Below are positions 1 to 9,638 of a stretch of 64,000 bases of DNA, in pieces. Every line of letters begins with the position of its first letter. The first letter of the stretch is position 1. The notes under the pieces were generated by a model. That model was not told where the DNA came from, did not search any database, and saw nothing but the letters and a program-made list of their open reading frames with translations. The translations under genes and the position numbers were made by a program. The DNA comes from an uncultured Nitrospiraceae bacterium. GTDB taxonomy: Bacteria > Nitrospirota > Thermodesulfovibrionia > Thermodesulfovibrionales > Dissulfurispiraceae. The DNA lies in the NCBI GenBank assembly GCA_963705105.1, contig CAVPIW010000012.1, positions 64,001-128,000 on the forward strand. Direction: 5' to 3'.

Positions 1-548
1 TCGCCCACCGTTTTGTCCGGCTTTACAGCGGTCTTGGCCACCGTCATTTCGTTCTTCACATCTTTGACGCCTTCGACGTCTTTGGCGTATTCGGCGGTCA
101 GATCTTTCTGTGCCTGGCTGGTCGCTTCGCCTTGCAGGGTCACGATTCCGTCTTTGGTGTTAACCTCTGTCATGACGCTCACGTTCCGATGAAACAGGAG
201 CGTGGTTTTCACCTTCGCAGTGAGCCACGCATCCGAGTTTTCAGCGGGGCGTGCGCCTTTGACTTCAAGCCTGTTGTCCACGCTCTTAACCCCGGGCAGG
301 CCCGCCACGGTCTCCTTGGCCAATGATTTGTGGGATTCTTCAGAGACAGACCCTGTCAAGGTAACGACGCCATCCTTGGACTGGATCTTAATATCGTCAC
401 CCTTGAGGTAGGTCTTGAACACATACGACGTCTTGGCCGATGATTCGATGCGGTCATCCATCTTGGTCGCGTGCACAGGCATGCTTAAAGTCAATAAAGC
501 GACCGCCGCCACCATCAAAGCTACACGATACATTGCTTTCATTTTCAT
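1..548 (-). CDS. BON-domain (OsmY-like) periplasmic protein, runs off window start
   Basis: Manual translation MKMKAMYRVALMVAAVALLTLSMPVHA (signal peptide), then BON repeats (GVVTLTGSV...GVKSVDNRL; DAWLTAKVKTTL...GIVTLQGEA...GVKDVKNEM); GGAG RBS; absent from ORF track because it is truncated. Confidence 0.85.
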   Translation of the reverse strand, partial: MKMKAMYRVALMVAAVALLTLSMPVHATKMDDRIESSAKTSYVFKTYLKGDDIKIQSKDGVVTLTGSVSEESHKSLAKETVAGLPGVKSVDNRLEVKGARPAENSDAWLTAKVKTTLLFHRNVSVMTEVNTKDGIVTLQGEATSQAQKDLTAEYAKDVEGVKDVKNEMTVAKTAVKPDKTVG

Positions 549-624
549 TGTACTTTCTCCTTTTGTGTTGTCGAGTTTTGTACCGACCTATTTTCCCGGC
601 ATACAGCGCTCCTGACCCTCCAGA

Positions 625-1257
625 TCATTTGGCAGCCTCTGGCCGGGGCACAAGGTCCTGCCGCTGCGCGTTGTTGAGCATGTCTTCAATTGTCTTTAGC
701 TCGTCTTGAGCCTCCCGTATCATCCCGCGTTGAATCAGATCCGGGATCCTCATTTTCATGATCTCCCATTTGCCGACCAACTCCTGAACCCCGGGAGGTG
801 CCTTCGTCGGCGTATCCGTCCCCAGTTTTGCAGCCGTCAGCTTCAATTCATCTACCTGCCGGTTGAAATCGCTGAGCATCCTTTCGTCCTCAGCTTTCAT
901 CTTTGTCCTGTTCTCCTCTACCGCCGTACCGGCTTTGCGAGCTTGCTCAGCCGCTTCCTCTAACGATTCCTTTGCTTTTCCATATTCTTTGGCGGCCAGA
1001 AGGTGTTTCGCCTTGGCAAGGGAATCTTCAGCTCTTTGGTATTCGTCATGCGCATAAAGATCGGCCTCCTTCTGTCTCGCTTCCGACAACGCCAGTTCCG
1101 CATTTCTTACTTGCTCAGCGGCAGCGTCCGGACCCATTCTCTTTCTTAAGAACAGTAGCCAGACGAGCAAGACAACCACGAGAATAACGACAATTCCCGC
1201 AATGACGTAAACATACGTGGTGTCTATGGATTTTAACGCTGCTGCGAATCTTTCCAT
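625..1257 (-). CDS. Membrane-anchored helical hypothetical protein (DUF4398-like)
   Basis: 210 aa ORF, N-terminal TM helix, Ala/Glu-rich helical region (AELALSEARQKEADLYAHDEYQRAEDSL); AGGAGG RBS. Confidence 0.65.
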   Translation of the reverse strand: MERFAAALKSIDTTYVYVIAGIVVILVVVLLVWLLFLRKRMGPDAAAEQVRNAELALSEARQKEADLYAHDEYQRAEDSLAKAKHLLAAKEYGKAKESLEEAAEQARKAGTAVEENRTKMKAEDERMLSDFNRQVDELKLTAAKLGTDTPTKAPPGVQELVGKWEIMKMRIPDLIQRGMIREAQDELKTIEDMLNNAQRQDLVPRPEAAK

Positions 1258-1390
1258 TGCTTCCTCCTGTCGAGCTAGTGATTTTCGGCGCAGCGCCGTG
1301 CGATAATAATCACCGCGCTGCGGCAGATGACCCCCGCTTTAAGGCCCGGCCTTCCCCCAAAGGGGGTGCCGGCGCATGAAGAATCGCTCC

Positions 1391-1570
1391 CTACTTTCCC
1401 AGAACCTTCTTGACTTGGCCGATCTTTTCCTGCGCTTTGCCGGTTATCTTTTCGGCTTTGCCTTCGGCCTCCAACTCGGGATTATCGGTGAGTTTCCCGG
1501 CCATCTCCTTGACCTTACCCTTCGCTTCGTGAAACGTGCCTTTGACTTTGTCCTTCGTGCTGGACTTCAT
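1391..1570 (-). CDS. CsbD-family stress protein, copy 1 (59 aa)
   Basis: MKSSTKDKVKGTFHEAKGKVKEMAGKLTDNPELEAEGKAEKITGKAQEKIGQVKKVLGK; below ORF-track cutoff. Confidence 0.9.
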   Translation of the reverse strand: MKSSTKDKVKGTFHEAKGKVKEMAGKLTDNPELEAEGKAEKITGKAQEKIGQVKKVLGK

Positions 1571-1659
1571 GGTATTCCCCCCTTTTGGATTTCGACGTGA
1601 CTGCTGCGGTCACGACAAAACAACGTCCTCCCTTTCTCTGCTTCTGTCTTTATGGGTGC

Positions 1660-1740
1660 CTAACGTCTACTCCACCAGAATCCACCACCGCCGAAGATCA
1701 CAAGCAAAAGGATGACGATGAGTATTGTTTCCATGCTCAT
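1660..1740 (-). CDS. 26-aa single-TM small protein, copy 1 (DUF3309-like)
   Basis: MSMETILIVILLLVIFGGGGFWWSRR with AAGGAG RBS, directly downstream of a sigma-54 motif. Confidence 0.7.
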   Translation of the reverse strand: MSMETILIVILLLVIFGGGGFWWSRR

Positions 1741-1786
1741 GGCTGCTCTCCTTTGTCTCTGAACGTTTACTCCCTACTGTACAAAG

Positions 1787-1801
1787 GCATAAGCTGTGCC
1801 A
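1787..1801 (-). promoter_or_regulatory. Sigma-54 promoter (-24/-12)
   Basis: Minus strand TGGCACAGCTTATGC, GG-N10-GC. Confidence 0.75.
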
Positions 1802-1903
1802 AGACCAGTGCTGAAAGAAAGGGTTCTCCAAGGCATTGAAATGTTGGGAACTCCCAGGGAGTGCTACGACGGGGGAATGATACTGCGGAAGGTGCCAACT
1901 GCC

Positions 1904-1930
1904 GATATATCAGGAGTCTCCTGATATATC
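1904..1930. promoter_or_regulatory. 27-bp palindrome, putative enhancer (UAS), copy 1
   Basis: GATATATCAGGAG-T-CTCCTGATATATC, 103 bp upstream of the sigma-54 motif. Confidence 0.65.
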
Positions 1931-2074
1931 AGGTATTCCTCTTGCTCCTTTGGATGCCCAGTCTATGCATCCTCGACTCTGAGTCTGACATCAATCTTCA
2001 CGGACCGGGGGCAGCCCAGGCGCTTAAATCCGCCGCTCTCCGGCAACGCGAAGCAGCTTGGCCTGGACCACCTC

Positions 2075-3457
2075 TCACTTTTCATGGACGTTAGCTTCAT
2101 GCAGATAGGCGGAAGACGCTTTCAGGGATCTGTGAACGGCTGTTTTCCCAAAGATTCCGATCGCTGCGTAGTGGAAGTCCAATCGTGCCAGATGCCCGAG
2201 AATATATTTCCATGAATAAAAACGAGCCATTGCCCTGAAGGTCTCAAACTGAAGGGTGGCCGGTGACATGAGCCGGGGCCTGAAAACCACATGTTGGACA
2301 TCATATTTGCTCCAGTCCGTATGGAGAAGTCTTCCACTCTGCGTCATATCGTGAAAGAGCGGTGTTCCCGGAAGCGGAGTAAGAATCAGGAACTGTATTG
2401 TGTCTATCCCAAGACCCGTTGCAAAATCAGCAGTCCCACGGATAGTTTCCACATCGTCGGTGTCGGCCCCCAAGACGAACATTCCGTGGATATGAATTCC
2501 GTGGTCTCCGACCTCCCTGATACAGGAAATGATATCCTCCCGGTCCTGTTTCTTCTTATAGGCCTTAAGAGTTTCGGGATTGATGGACTCAAAGCCGATG
2601 TACAGCGTATGGCAGCCCGAGTCAGCCATCAGGCGGAGGAGTTCCGGGTCCCTCGCAACATCTGTCCGTACCTGAGCAGACCATCGGGTTTTTATTCCTT
2701 CTGCGATCATTCCTCTGAGAATTTCTTTAGTCCTGTTCTTGTCGGCTGCAAAGTTATCGTCAACAATGAACTTGGTCGCCTTGGATACTGATGCCACATA
2801 TTTCAACTCCTTCAGCGTCGTCTCAACGGACTTGAAGCGATAGCTCCTTCCGAACATCCTGATGACCGAGCAGAACGTGCAGTTATAGGGACAGCCCCTC
2901 GACGTCGTAACAGGATAGGTATTTGACACGTTCCATTTGTGAACAAGAGAGAAGTCAGGCTCGGGGAGGTTGTCAAGGTCCTTAATGAACTCTCTGGAGG
3001 GGTTATGAACATTCCGTCCGTCCCTGTCCCTGTATGAAAGACCTTTGATGGCTGTTAATGCCGGCGTCCCCTTTCTCATATGCTCAAGCAATTCCACAAG
3101 GGAATGCTCTCCTTCCCCGCGTATGATAAAGTCGGCATATTCCAGGGCTTCATCAGGCAGAAACGTGGGATGCGCCCCACCCATAATCACCGGGATACCC
3201 AAGGCTTTTAGCCGTTTCCCCATTTTGTAGGCCCTTGTCGCTGTGGACGTTATGGTCGAGATGCAGACGAGGTCGGAGCTCTCAATGAATGACCAGTCGG
3301 GTTCGGCAACATCCTCAATAAATGCCTTTACTTCGTATCCCCTTTCCCTTAGGATGGTAGAAAGCAACACGGCGCCAAGCCGCGGTATGGGAAATCTGCT
3401 GAAGATATGCAGCCCTGGTGAGCCCGCCTCGATAAATGAAACTCTTCTGATGGTCAT
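2075..3457 (-). CDS. B12-binding domain radical SAM protein
   Basis: GGAHPT cobalamin-domain motif; SRGCPYNCTFC CxxxCxxC; GFES. Confidence 0.9.
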   Translation of the reverse strand: MTIRRVSFIEAGSPGLHIFSRFPIPRLGAVLLSTILRERGYEVKAFIEDVAEPDWSFIESSDLVCISTITSTATRAYKMGKRLKALGIPVIMGGAHPTFLPDEALEYADFIIRGEGEHSLVELLEHMRKGTPALTAIKGLSYRDRDGRNVHNPSREFIKDLDNLPEPDFSLVHKWNVSNTYPVTTSRGCPYNCTFCSVIRMFGRSYRFKSVETTLKELKYVASVSKATKFIVDDNFAADKNRTKEILRGMIAEGIKTRWSAQVRTDVARDPELLRLMADSGCHTLYIGFESINPETLKAYKKKQDREDIISCIREVGDHGIHIHGMFVLGADTDDVETIRGTADFATGLGIDTIQFLILTPLPGTPLFHDMTQSGRLLHTDWSKYDVQHVVFRPRLMSPATLQFETFRAMARFYSWKYILGHLARLDFHYAAIGIFGKTAVHRSLKASSAYLHEANVHEK

Positions 3458-3782
3458 ATTGATGACATTATATTCCGGAAGACCCTTCCATGCAACTCCA
3501 TATTCTCGTTACATATCCAACTCTGGGGACAGACTAATTTATTCACCGCGACAGCCCTTCTCTCCTTCTCCGCAGGAAAGTTCTTCCAGCACGCCATCAT
3601 CTTTCTTCAGAAGGATTATCTATGAGCCATGGCCGGCGCAAGTTTACCCGCCTCTGGCGGCGCCGATGGCGACCGGGGCCGGAATGACTACGATGGGACC
3701 GCAGCAATAGCAAGTGCCGCCGTACCTCCCTTAGACACTATAGAATACCGCCCATCCTGTCTTTCCTGTCTTCAGCCATGCT

Positions 3783-5318
3783 TCATGCCTCTGCTGGCTC
3801 TTTCCGGGAAGCGCCCCTCTGCCTCTTCCCCTCCACTAATTTTGATTGACCAACCTTCCTGAAATCAATGAATCCCCGTTCCACGTCTGTATGAATCAAC
3901 TGCACTCGAATCCTGTTGCCGACATCAAGGCCCTCGAAACCATCGACCACTCTCCCCTCGACAGGGATAGTGAGAAGCCGGGCCCAGGTGCCTTTTTCCG
4001 CTGCGCCGGTAACGATAGCGTCAAACTGCTCCCCAATTCTGTGTTCCAGCAGCATTGCAGCAGCTGATTTGCCGACCTGCCGTTCCACTTTGTTGGCGGC
4101 GTCCTCTTCTTCGGTACAATGTTTGGCCAGGACCTCCAATTCATCGATGCTATACGGAAACGATCTTCCTTCCACAGCGGCCTTTAATAAGCGTTGTGTG
4201 ATAAGGTCGGTATAGCGGCGATTGGGGGCTGTGGAATGGGTATAATCCCTGACAGCGAGACCAAAGTGTCCGGGGGCTGTGTCCCCCGGAAGCTCTGCAA
4301 TATACTCACCGGCCCCCATAAGTTTGATCACCGCGAGGGAGAGGTCGGGAAATCTGGTCGGATCGGACGCCTTCTGCCTGGTCAGGAACTCCTCCAGGGC
4401 CTTTGCATCCGGAGTAGAGGGAAGCTTTGCCCCATGTTCGTCAGCAAGCTCGACAATCCTCTCCCATCGCTTCGGAGTACGGACAACACGCCGGATGGAA
4501 GGGAAGTTCTTTGAGGTGAGATAGCGGGCAGTCACGCCGTTTGCCCCTATCATGAAATCCTCGATAATGTCCTTTGCGCGGTTCTTCTTTTCGACTTCAA
4601 GGTCACGGATTTCATCACCATCGAATATCGGCTTCGCCTCTATCGTTTCAAAACTTAGGGCGCCGTGAACATGCCGGAGGGTCTTCATGCTTTGTGCCGC
4701 CCTGTCCTGCAGGCGGAGATTCTCATCGAGGCTATCTACCGCGGCAACCGCCTCGGGCACCGTTCCACTGCCTTCCAGCCACGCAGCGACGCTGTTATAT
4801 GCCAGCTTTGACTGATTGCGCACACGCGCCCGGTAGATATCAGAGCCCTTTAAAGAGCCGTCCGCGCCTATCACCATTTCAACCACCATTGCCAGTCGAT
4901 CTTCATTGTAGTTCAGGGAGGTGATGTCGGTGGAGAGCTTTTCAGGAAGCATCGGGAATATTTGGGCCGCGGTGTAAACAGAGGTAGTATTGTGGCGGGC
5001 ATGATCGTCGATTGCCGATCCGTTCATAACTATCGAGTCCACGTCAGCCACTGCAACAAGAATCTTTACATCGCCCCCGGCAATCGCCTCCGCAACAGTG
5101 AGCTGATCTAAATCACGGGAATCATCATTGTCGATAGACGCCCAGAGCAGGCCCCTTAGGTCACGGACCTGCCCGCCGTCTATTGCCGCAGGTGCCTGAA
5201 TTCTGTCAAGCTCGAGGAGTGCTTCGGCAGAAAAGTCAGGGAGTAAGCCCCTCTGGAGCATTGCCCTATGGGCGATTCTCTGCAGAAGGAGCCGGTGCTG
5301 TTTATCATTCGTATTCAT
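3783..5318 (-). CDS. RNB-domain exoribonuclease (RNase II/R-like) with C-terminal S1
   Basis: SIDNDDSRDLDQ, HFGLAVRDYTHSTAPNRRYTDL motifs. Confidence 0.9.
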   Translation of the reverse strand: MNTNDKQHRLLLQRIAHRAMLQRGLLPDFSAEALLELDRIQAPAAIDGGQVRDLRGLLWASIDNDDSRDLDQLTVAEAIAGGDVKILVAVADVDSIVMNGSAIDDHARHNTTSVYTAAQIFPMLPEKLSTDITSLNYNEDRLAMVVEMVIGADGSLKGSDIYRARVRNQSKLAYNSVAAWLEGSGTVPEAVAAVDSLDENLRLQDRAAQSMKTLRHVHGALSFETIEAKPIFDGDEIRDLEVEKKNRAKDIIEDFMIGANGVTARYLTSKNFPSIRRVVRTPKRWERIVELADEHGAKLPSTPDAKALEEFLTRQKASDPTRFPDLSLAVIKLMGAGEYIAELPGDTAPGHFGLAVRDYTHSTAPNRRYTDLITQRLLKAAVEGRSFPYSIDELEVLAKHCTEEEDAANKVERQVGKSAAAMLLEHRIGEQFDAIVTGAAEKGTWARLLTIPVEGRVVDGFEGLDVGNRIRVQLIHTDVERGFIDFRKVGQSKLVEGKRQRGASRKEPAEA

Positions 5319-5473
5319 AAGCTATCCATTTCACCTTCACCCAAGGCGTTTCTCAAAAACCCTTCGGAAACGCTTTGCCTTCGTTCCAGTTTGTAACTGT
5401 GGGGCTGTAGCTTCTTCTGCCTGCTGTGCCCTTTTCCTTTCTGCTTTTCATAGGTAATTCACCATCTGATCGA

Positions 5474-8081
5474 TCATCGTGGCTTTTCCTGCTGTCCTGG
5501 CTCGTCCCGCGACTTGTCCTTCTGACCAGGCTTTGCCGGTGCCACGTGCTCAGGTATCACGACCGTCGCGGGTTGGCCAGGCTTTGCCGGTGCCAGGTGC
5601 TTCGGTACGACGACCTGACCGGGACGTTCCTGCTGCCCAGGTTTTACCGGTGTCGCATGCTCGGGTATGGCGACCTGGCCTGTCTTACCCGGCCTTGCCG
5701 GTGCTACGCGTTCGGGTACCACAGCCTGACCCGGATGTTCAGGTTGTGCCGGCGCCACGTGCTGCGGCACGACAACCTGTTTTGATTGACCCGGTCTCGC
5801 CGGTGCCACGTGCTGCGGCACGACGACCTGACCGGAAGGCGGAGGTTGACCCGGTCTCGCCGGCGCCACGTGCTGAGGCACAACGACCTGTTTTGATTGA
5901 TCCGGCTTTGCCGGTGCCACGTGCTTCGGTACGACAACCTGGCCGGGACGGTCCTGCTGCCCCGGCTTTACCGGTGTCGCATGCTCGGGTATGACGACCT
6001 GGCCTGTCTTGCCTGGCCGTGCCGGTGCTACGTGTTCGGGTACCACGGCCTGACTCGGATGTTCAGGTTGTGCCGGCGCCACGTGCTGCGGCACGACAAC
6101 CTGTTTTGATTGACCCGGCTTCGCCGGTGCCACGTGCTGCGGCACCACAACCTGACCGGAAGGCGCAGGCTGACCCGGTCTTGCCGGCGCCACGTGCTGC
6201 GGCACGACAACCTGTTTTGATTGACCCGGCTTTGCCGGTGCCACGTGCTTAGGCACGACGACCTGGCCGGGACGGTCCTGCTGACCCGGCTTTCACCGGT
6301 GTCGCATGCTCGGGTACGACAACCTGGCCTGTCCTGCCCGGCCGTGCCGGTGCTACGTGTTCGGGTACCACAGCCTGACTCGGATGTTCAGGTTGTGCCG
6401 GCGCCACGTGCTGCGGCACGACAACCTGTTTTGATTGACCTGGCCTTGCCGGTGCCACGTGCTTCGGCACGACAACCTGGGCAGGCTGAGCCGGCAGGAC
6501 TCCCCTGCCGGCACCCCTGATTTCCCTTTGTGGGAGCTTTATCTCTGATTTCGGGCGGTTCACCTCGTTGGCCGGTACAATGTAGTTCGTGGTCTTGGGT
6601 TGTTCTATCCGGGCCTCGCGGTTGACCCTCCCCTGCTTGATACTCTTCACTTGTTGCTGGAGCAAAGCGGCGTTTTCTTTCTTGCCCCTCTGGATGTTCG
6701 TCCTATTCTGCTGGATTCGGCTGACCACCGTGTTGTGGGGCTTCTCGTTCACCGCTGCGGTGGTGTAGTTGTACCTCTGCCTGTTCGTCGAGAAATTGCT
6801 GATCACCGTGTTATTGACGACCGGTGCCGCACGGTAGTTGCTGACAATGGTGGTGGGGTTTATGTTGGTTACCCGTACATCCCGGTAATTCTTTACGCCG
6901 TAAAAATCGTTCTGAGGGATCACGACGGCGTGGTTTGCGTAAGCATAATTCCGGACGTTGATGTTAATTCGCGTGACGTTGACGTTGGTTACCACCACAT
7001 CGTGGGGGCCTCCCCAGTTGCGGTGGCTGTAGTATGTTTCGCGCGGCGCCAGAGGCACCCAGCCCACATAAGCTCCACTATGAATCCATGAAACCCTTCC
7101 GGGACTCCAGAAGAAGCCTATGTTCAGGAAGGGAAGACCGATGCGCAGACTCACCACAGGCGGGGCCCAATACCAGTTATCCCGCGCGTAGACCCAATTG
7201 CCGTAATGGTGGGTGACGTACCCGAAGGGTTCTTCCGGAATCCACGTTTGATCGCCGTACCAGTCAGTCCAGCGGCCCGCGGTGAAGGGAGACCATCCCA
7301 CGGCTACGGTGGTAGGCCGCCAGAACCAGCGCTCCGTGCCTTCATAGGGAACACTCTCCCATCTTCCGTTCTCTTCAAGGGCATATGCGTCGGCCTGGAG
7401 ACTGGGGGGAAGATATTCGGCCGACCGCCCCCGCACCCTGGCCTTTGCTGCCCAGAAGGTTTCGCGATCCCTGTTCCACCGATCCCAGTCAGGATCGACG
7501 GTTCCCTCGCCTGACGACACCTGGTTTTGGTCAGCGAGGATTGACGGGGACCCCGCTGTCACGTCGTACTTGGCCTTAGTTGCCAGGTGGACGAAACTGA
7601 CCGTGCCCTTTACCGCGACCACTTCGACGGAGTTCTCGCCCACGTAAAAGTCGAAGACTGCACCGGGATAGGCCAGAACGTACCCAAAGGGACTTGTCGC
7701 TTTAATGACCGTACGGGTTCCTTTATTGTAAAACCGGGCCACGCCCGCAGCCACGTCCGCTTCGGACAGGTCAGTGCCAAGGGCGATGAACTGGATCTGG
7801 GTGCTGTTCCCGACCCTGATCCAGCTCCCGTTGGGGACGATCAGCTCCGCCATCCCCAGGCTTCCTGAAAAGAGTGTATCTTCCGTACCGAAGGGTGCGT
7901 CCCTGACTACGGCTACCCAATCCTTCACATCAGGAACATAACGGAGCAGGTCCCCTTCTATATAATTTACGCGGCCTACCTCGATGGCCGGCTTGTTTGC
8001 AGCCGAGGATTGGGAGGCTATTGCCACCACCGCAAAAAGCATACACACCAGCAGTCCCATCATCCATTTTATTCTTTTCAT
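5474..8081 (-). CDS. Secreted FecR/DUF6600-like protein with Pro/Val/His-rich repeat tail, split by a 1-nt frameshift near 6290
   Basis: ORF 6249-8081 has a signal peptide, a FecR-like N-terminus and Trp-rich motifs (WSPFTAGRW, EPFGYVTHHYGNW, VGWVPLAPRE); ORF 5474-6256 continues the same repeats in another frame. Confidence 0.8.
5520..6490. repeat. Coding tandem repeat: ~45-60 bp subunits in a 324-bp higher-order repeat
   Basis: Marker TGTCGCATGCTCGGG at 5651, 5975, 6300 (spacing 324, 325); encodes VVVPxHVAPAxPG units. Confidence 0.95.
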
Positions 8082-8094
8082 TTGTGACTCCTCT

Positions 8095-8418
8095 CTACGT
8101 AGGGTGGCTTCGCCCCTTGGGCATGACTATGCAAGAGCTGCTTTCGGCGCCCTTACTCCCCGTGATTCCCTTCTTCACGGTCCCCGCGGCGCTCATCTCG
8201 CGAGCGTCCACGATTGTCCCGGCGCTCTTTCTTCCACAGTTTCTTCTCTCCTTTTCAGCTTGTTCTCCTGTGCAGCCGCATCTCGCCCGCAGAAGGCTCG
8301 GCAGACGATCAAGGTTTATATCGACCGCACCAAGGTCTTTGTCGGTGAGGACCTCCCGTCGCTGTCTTAGTGCATCTCTTAATTGTTTCAACGTGCCTTC
8401 CAGTATGTCTCTACTCAA
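8095..8418 (-). pseudogene. Degenerate YjbJ/CsbD-like gene
   Basis: RDILEGTLKQLR...LTDKDL...LRARCGCTGEQAEKE resembles the YjbJ pattern with conserved W/Y lost; TTG start; read-through tail. Confidence 0.5.
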
Positions 8419-8488
8419 AGCTTGTAGTTCTCCTTTCAGACTAATTCACAGTGAGTTCTCATACCCTGATTGCAGTATTAACCTTTCT

Positions 8489-8693
8489 GTTGCATGAAAA
8501 GGCGGGGCGAAGCGCCTCAAAGCCTTGCTGAAGGCGACGATACGCCTCGTCATCTTCGTGTTTCAGGATTCCACTCTTTGTGTCATCGACCATTGGCGTA
8601 TAGTTCATCTCTCGTTCTGATACAGGTGTCGCCGCATCAAGGTTTTCGGCGCATACACCCCGCCTTTCTCGGGAGTGTATTGCAACAATAAGG
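8489..8693 (+). repeat. Modular intergenic repeat, full type-A copy
   Basis: GTTGCATGAAAAGGCGGGGCG...CACCCCGCCTTT...TGCAACAATAAGG; near-identical to 28817-29019 and (inverted) 46530-46735. Confidence 0.9.
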
Positions 8694-8743
8694 TTAATAC
8701 CTGTGACCAAGGCAACGTAGGACCTGTAAATCATTTGCCGCCT

Positions 8744-8884
8744 TCATCGCCTCTGAATGAGCCCTACCACCAGCACAATCACTGCGACGACGAGCAAAAT
8801 ATGGATGAACCCGCCCATCGTGTAACTGCTCACGAGCCCCAAAAGCCAGAGTACAATGAGTATTACGCAGATCGTCCAAAGCAT
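8744..8884 (-). CDS. lmo0937-family small membrane protein (46 aa)
   Basis: MLWTICVILIVLWLLGLVSSYTMGGFIHILLVVAVIVLVVGLIQRR; AGGAGG RBS. Confidence 0.9.
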   Translation of the reverse strand: MLWTICVILIVLWLLGLVSSYTMGGFIHILLVVAVIVLVVGLIQRR

Positions 8885-8958
8885 AGTAACCTCCTTTCCT
8901 TATATGAGGCCTTGTCTCACGCCTGCACACCGAAACCGAGGGCGTATTTTTGCCCATC

Positions 8959-9294
8959 TCATCCCGGTCCATCTGTCCTGAGGACAGTTTCTATGAGATC
9001 CATTCCCGCCGTGTGTGACACCGTATTAAAGCGCAATTCAGGTTGCTCGTTCGAGAGCTCCATGAGCTCAAACAGCCGCCGCTGATTGTCTGTAAGGAGG
9101 TGGCTCTCAAGGTTTTCCTGCGTCTCCCATTCCTCCACCAGGATTAAGGCATCTCTGTTTTCTACCTCTTCATAGAGACGGTAACTCAGGCACCCCCTCT
9201 CGACCCGGGTAGGTTCGAGCATCCCCCTCATTGCTTCTAAAACATCATGCCGCTTTTCAGGCCGGACAGTCATTCTTAATGTCACAAGTATCAT
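8959..9294 (-). CDS. ABM-domain (putative quinol monooxygenase) protein
   Basis: TRVERGCLSYRLY...LVEEWETQENLESHL. Confidence 0.85.
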   Translation of the reverse strand: MILVTLRMTVRPEKRHDVLEAMRGMLEPTRVERGCLSYRLYEEVENRDALILVEEWETQENLESHLLTDNQRRLFELMELSNEQPELRFNTVSHTAGMDLIETVLRTDGPG

Positions 9295-9382
9295 GGCGCC
9301 GTGAATTCCTAAGAATTAGATATCAACTTTCTCCGCTTTACGCAGTGACTGCGTGAAAAGAAGATCTACATACCATTTAATA

Positions 9383-9397
9383 GCATTAATCAAGCCA
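9383..9397 (-). promoter_or_regulatory. Sigma-54 promoter
   Basis: Minus strand TGGCTTGATTAATGC, GG-N10-GC. Confidence 0.7.
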
Positions 9398-9497
9398 GGA
9401 CTGTTGTTGATGGGACAGGAGTCTCTATGATGTTGATAATATGGCGAGGTCAGCGAAGACTACGATGAGGGTGGTATAATCTGAAAGGTGCCGTCTG

Positions 9498-9528
9498 CTG
9501 ATATATCAGGAGTCTCCTGATATATCAG
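9498..9528. promoter_or_regulatory. Palindromic putative UAS, copy 2
   Basis: CTGATATATCAGGAGTCTCCTGATATATCAG; core starts at 9500, 103 bp from the sigma-54 motif. Confidence 0.65.
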
Positions 9529-9638
9529 GCATTCTTCTTGACTCTTTGGATGCTCAGCCTCTGCATCCTCGATTCGAGTGTCTTTGGGTGGATCCCTAAA
9601 ATCTCTGCTGCACCGTTCTTCGAATAACTGCAACGGAA

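Larger units (their letters stand above)
1391..2063. repeat. ~670 bp direct duplication, copy 1 (copy 2 at 14820-15492)
   Basis: Near-identical sequence at offset 13429, with a few substitutions/indels toward the right end. Confidence 0.95.

Noticed and set aside
3703..3719. Sigma-54-like motif GGCACTTGCTATTGC upstream of the radical SAM gene
   Set aside because: GG-GC spacing is 11, not the required 10
5520..6490. Possible CRISPR array
   Set aside because: The 'spacers' themselves repeat with a 324-bp period, units keep the reading frame and encode peptide repeats; no cas genes
8459..8734. Recurrent small ORF family (ERRGVCAENLAAATP...), also at 46517 and 28878
   Set aside because: Translations of the non-coding repeat with inconsistent starts and stops and no RBS
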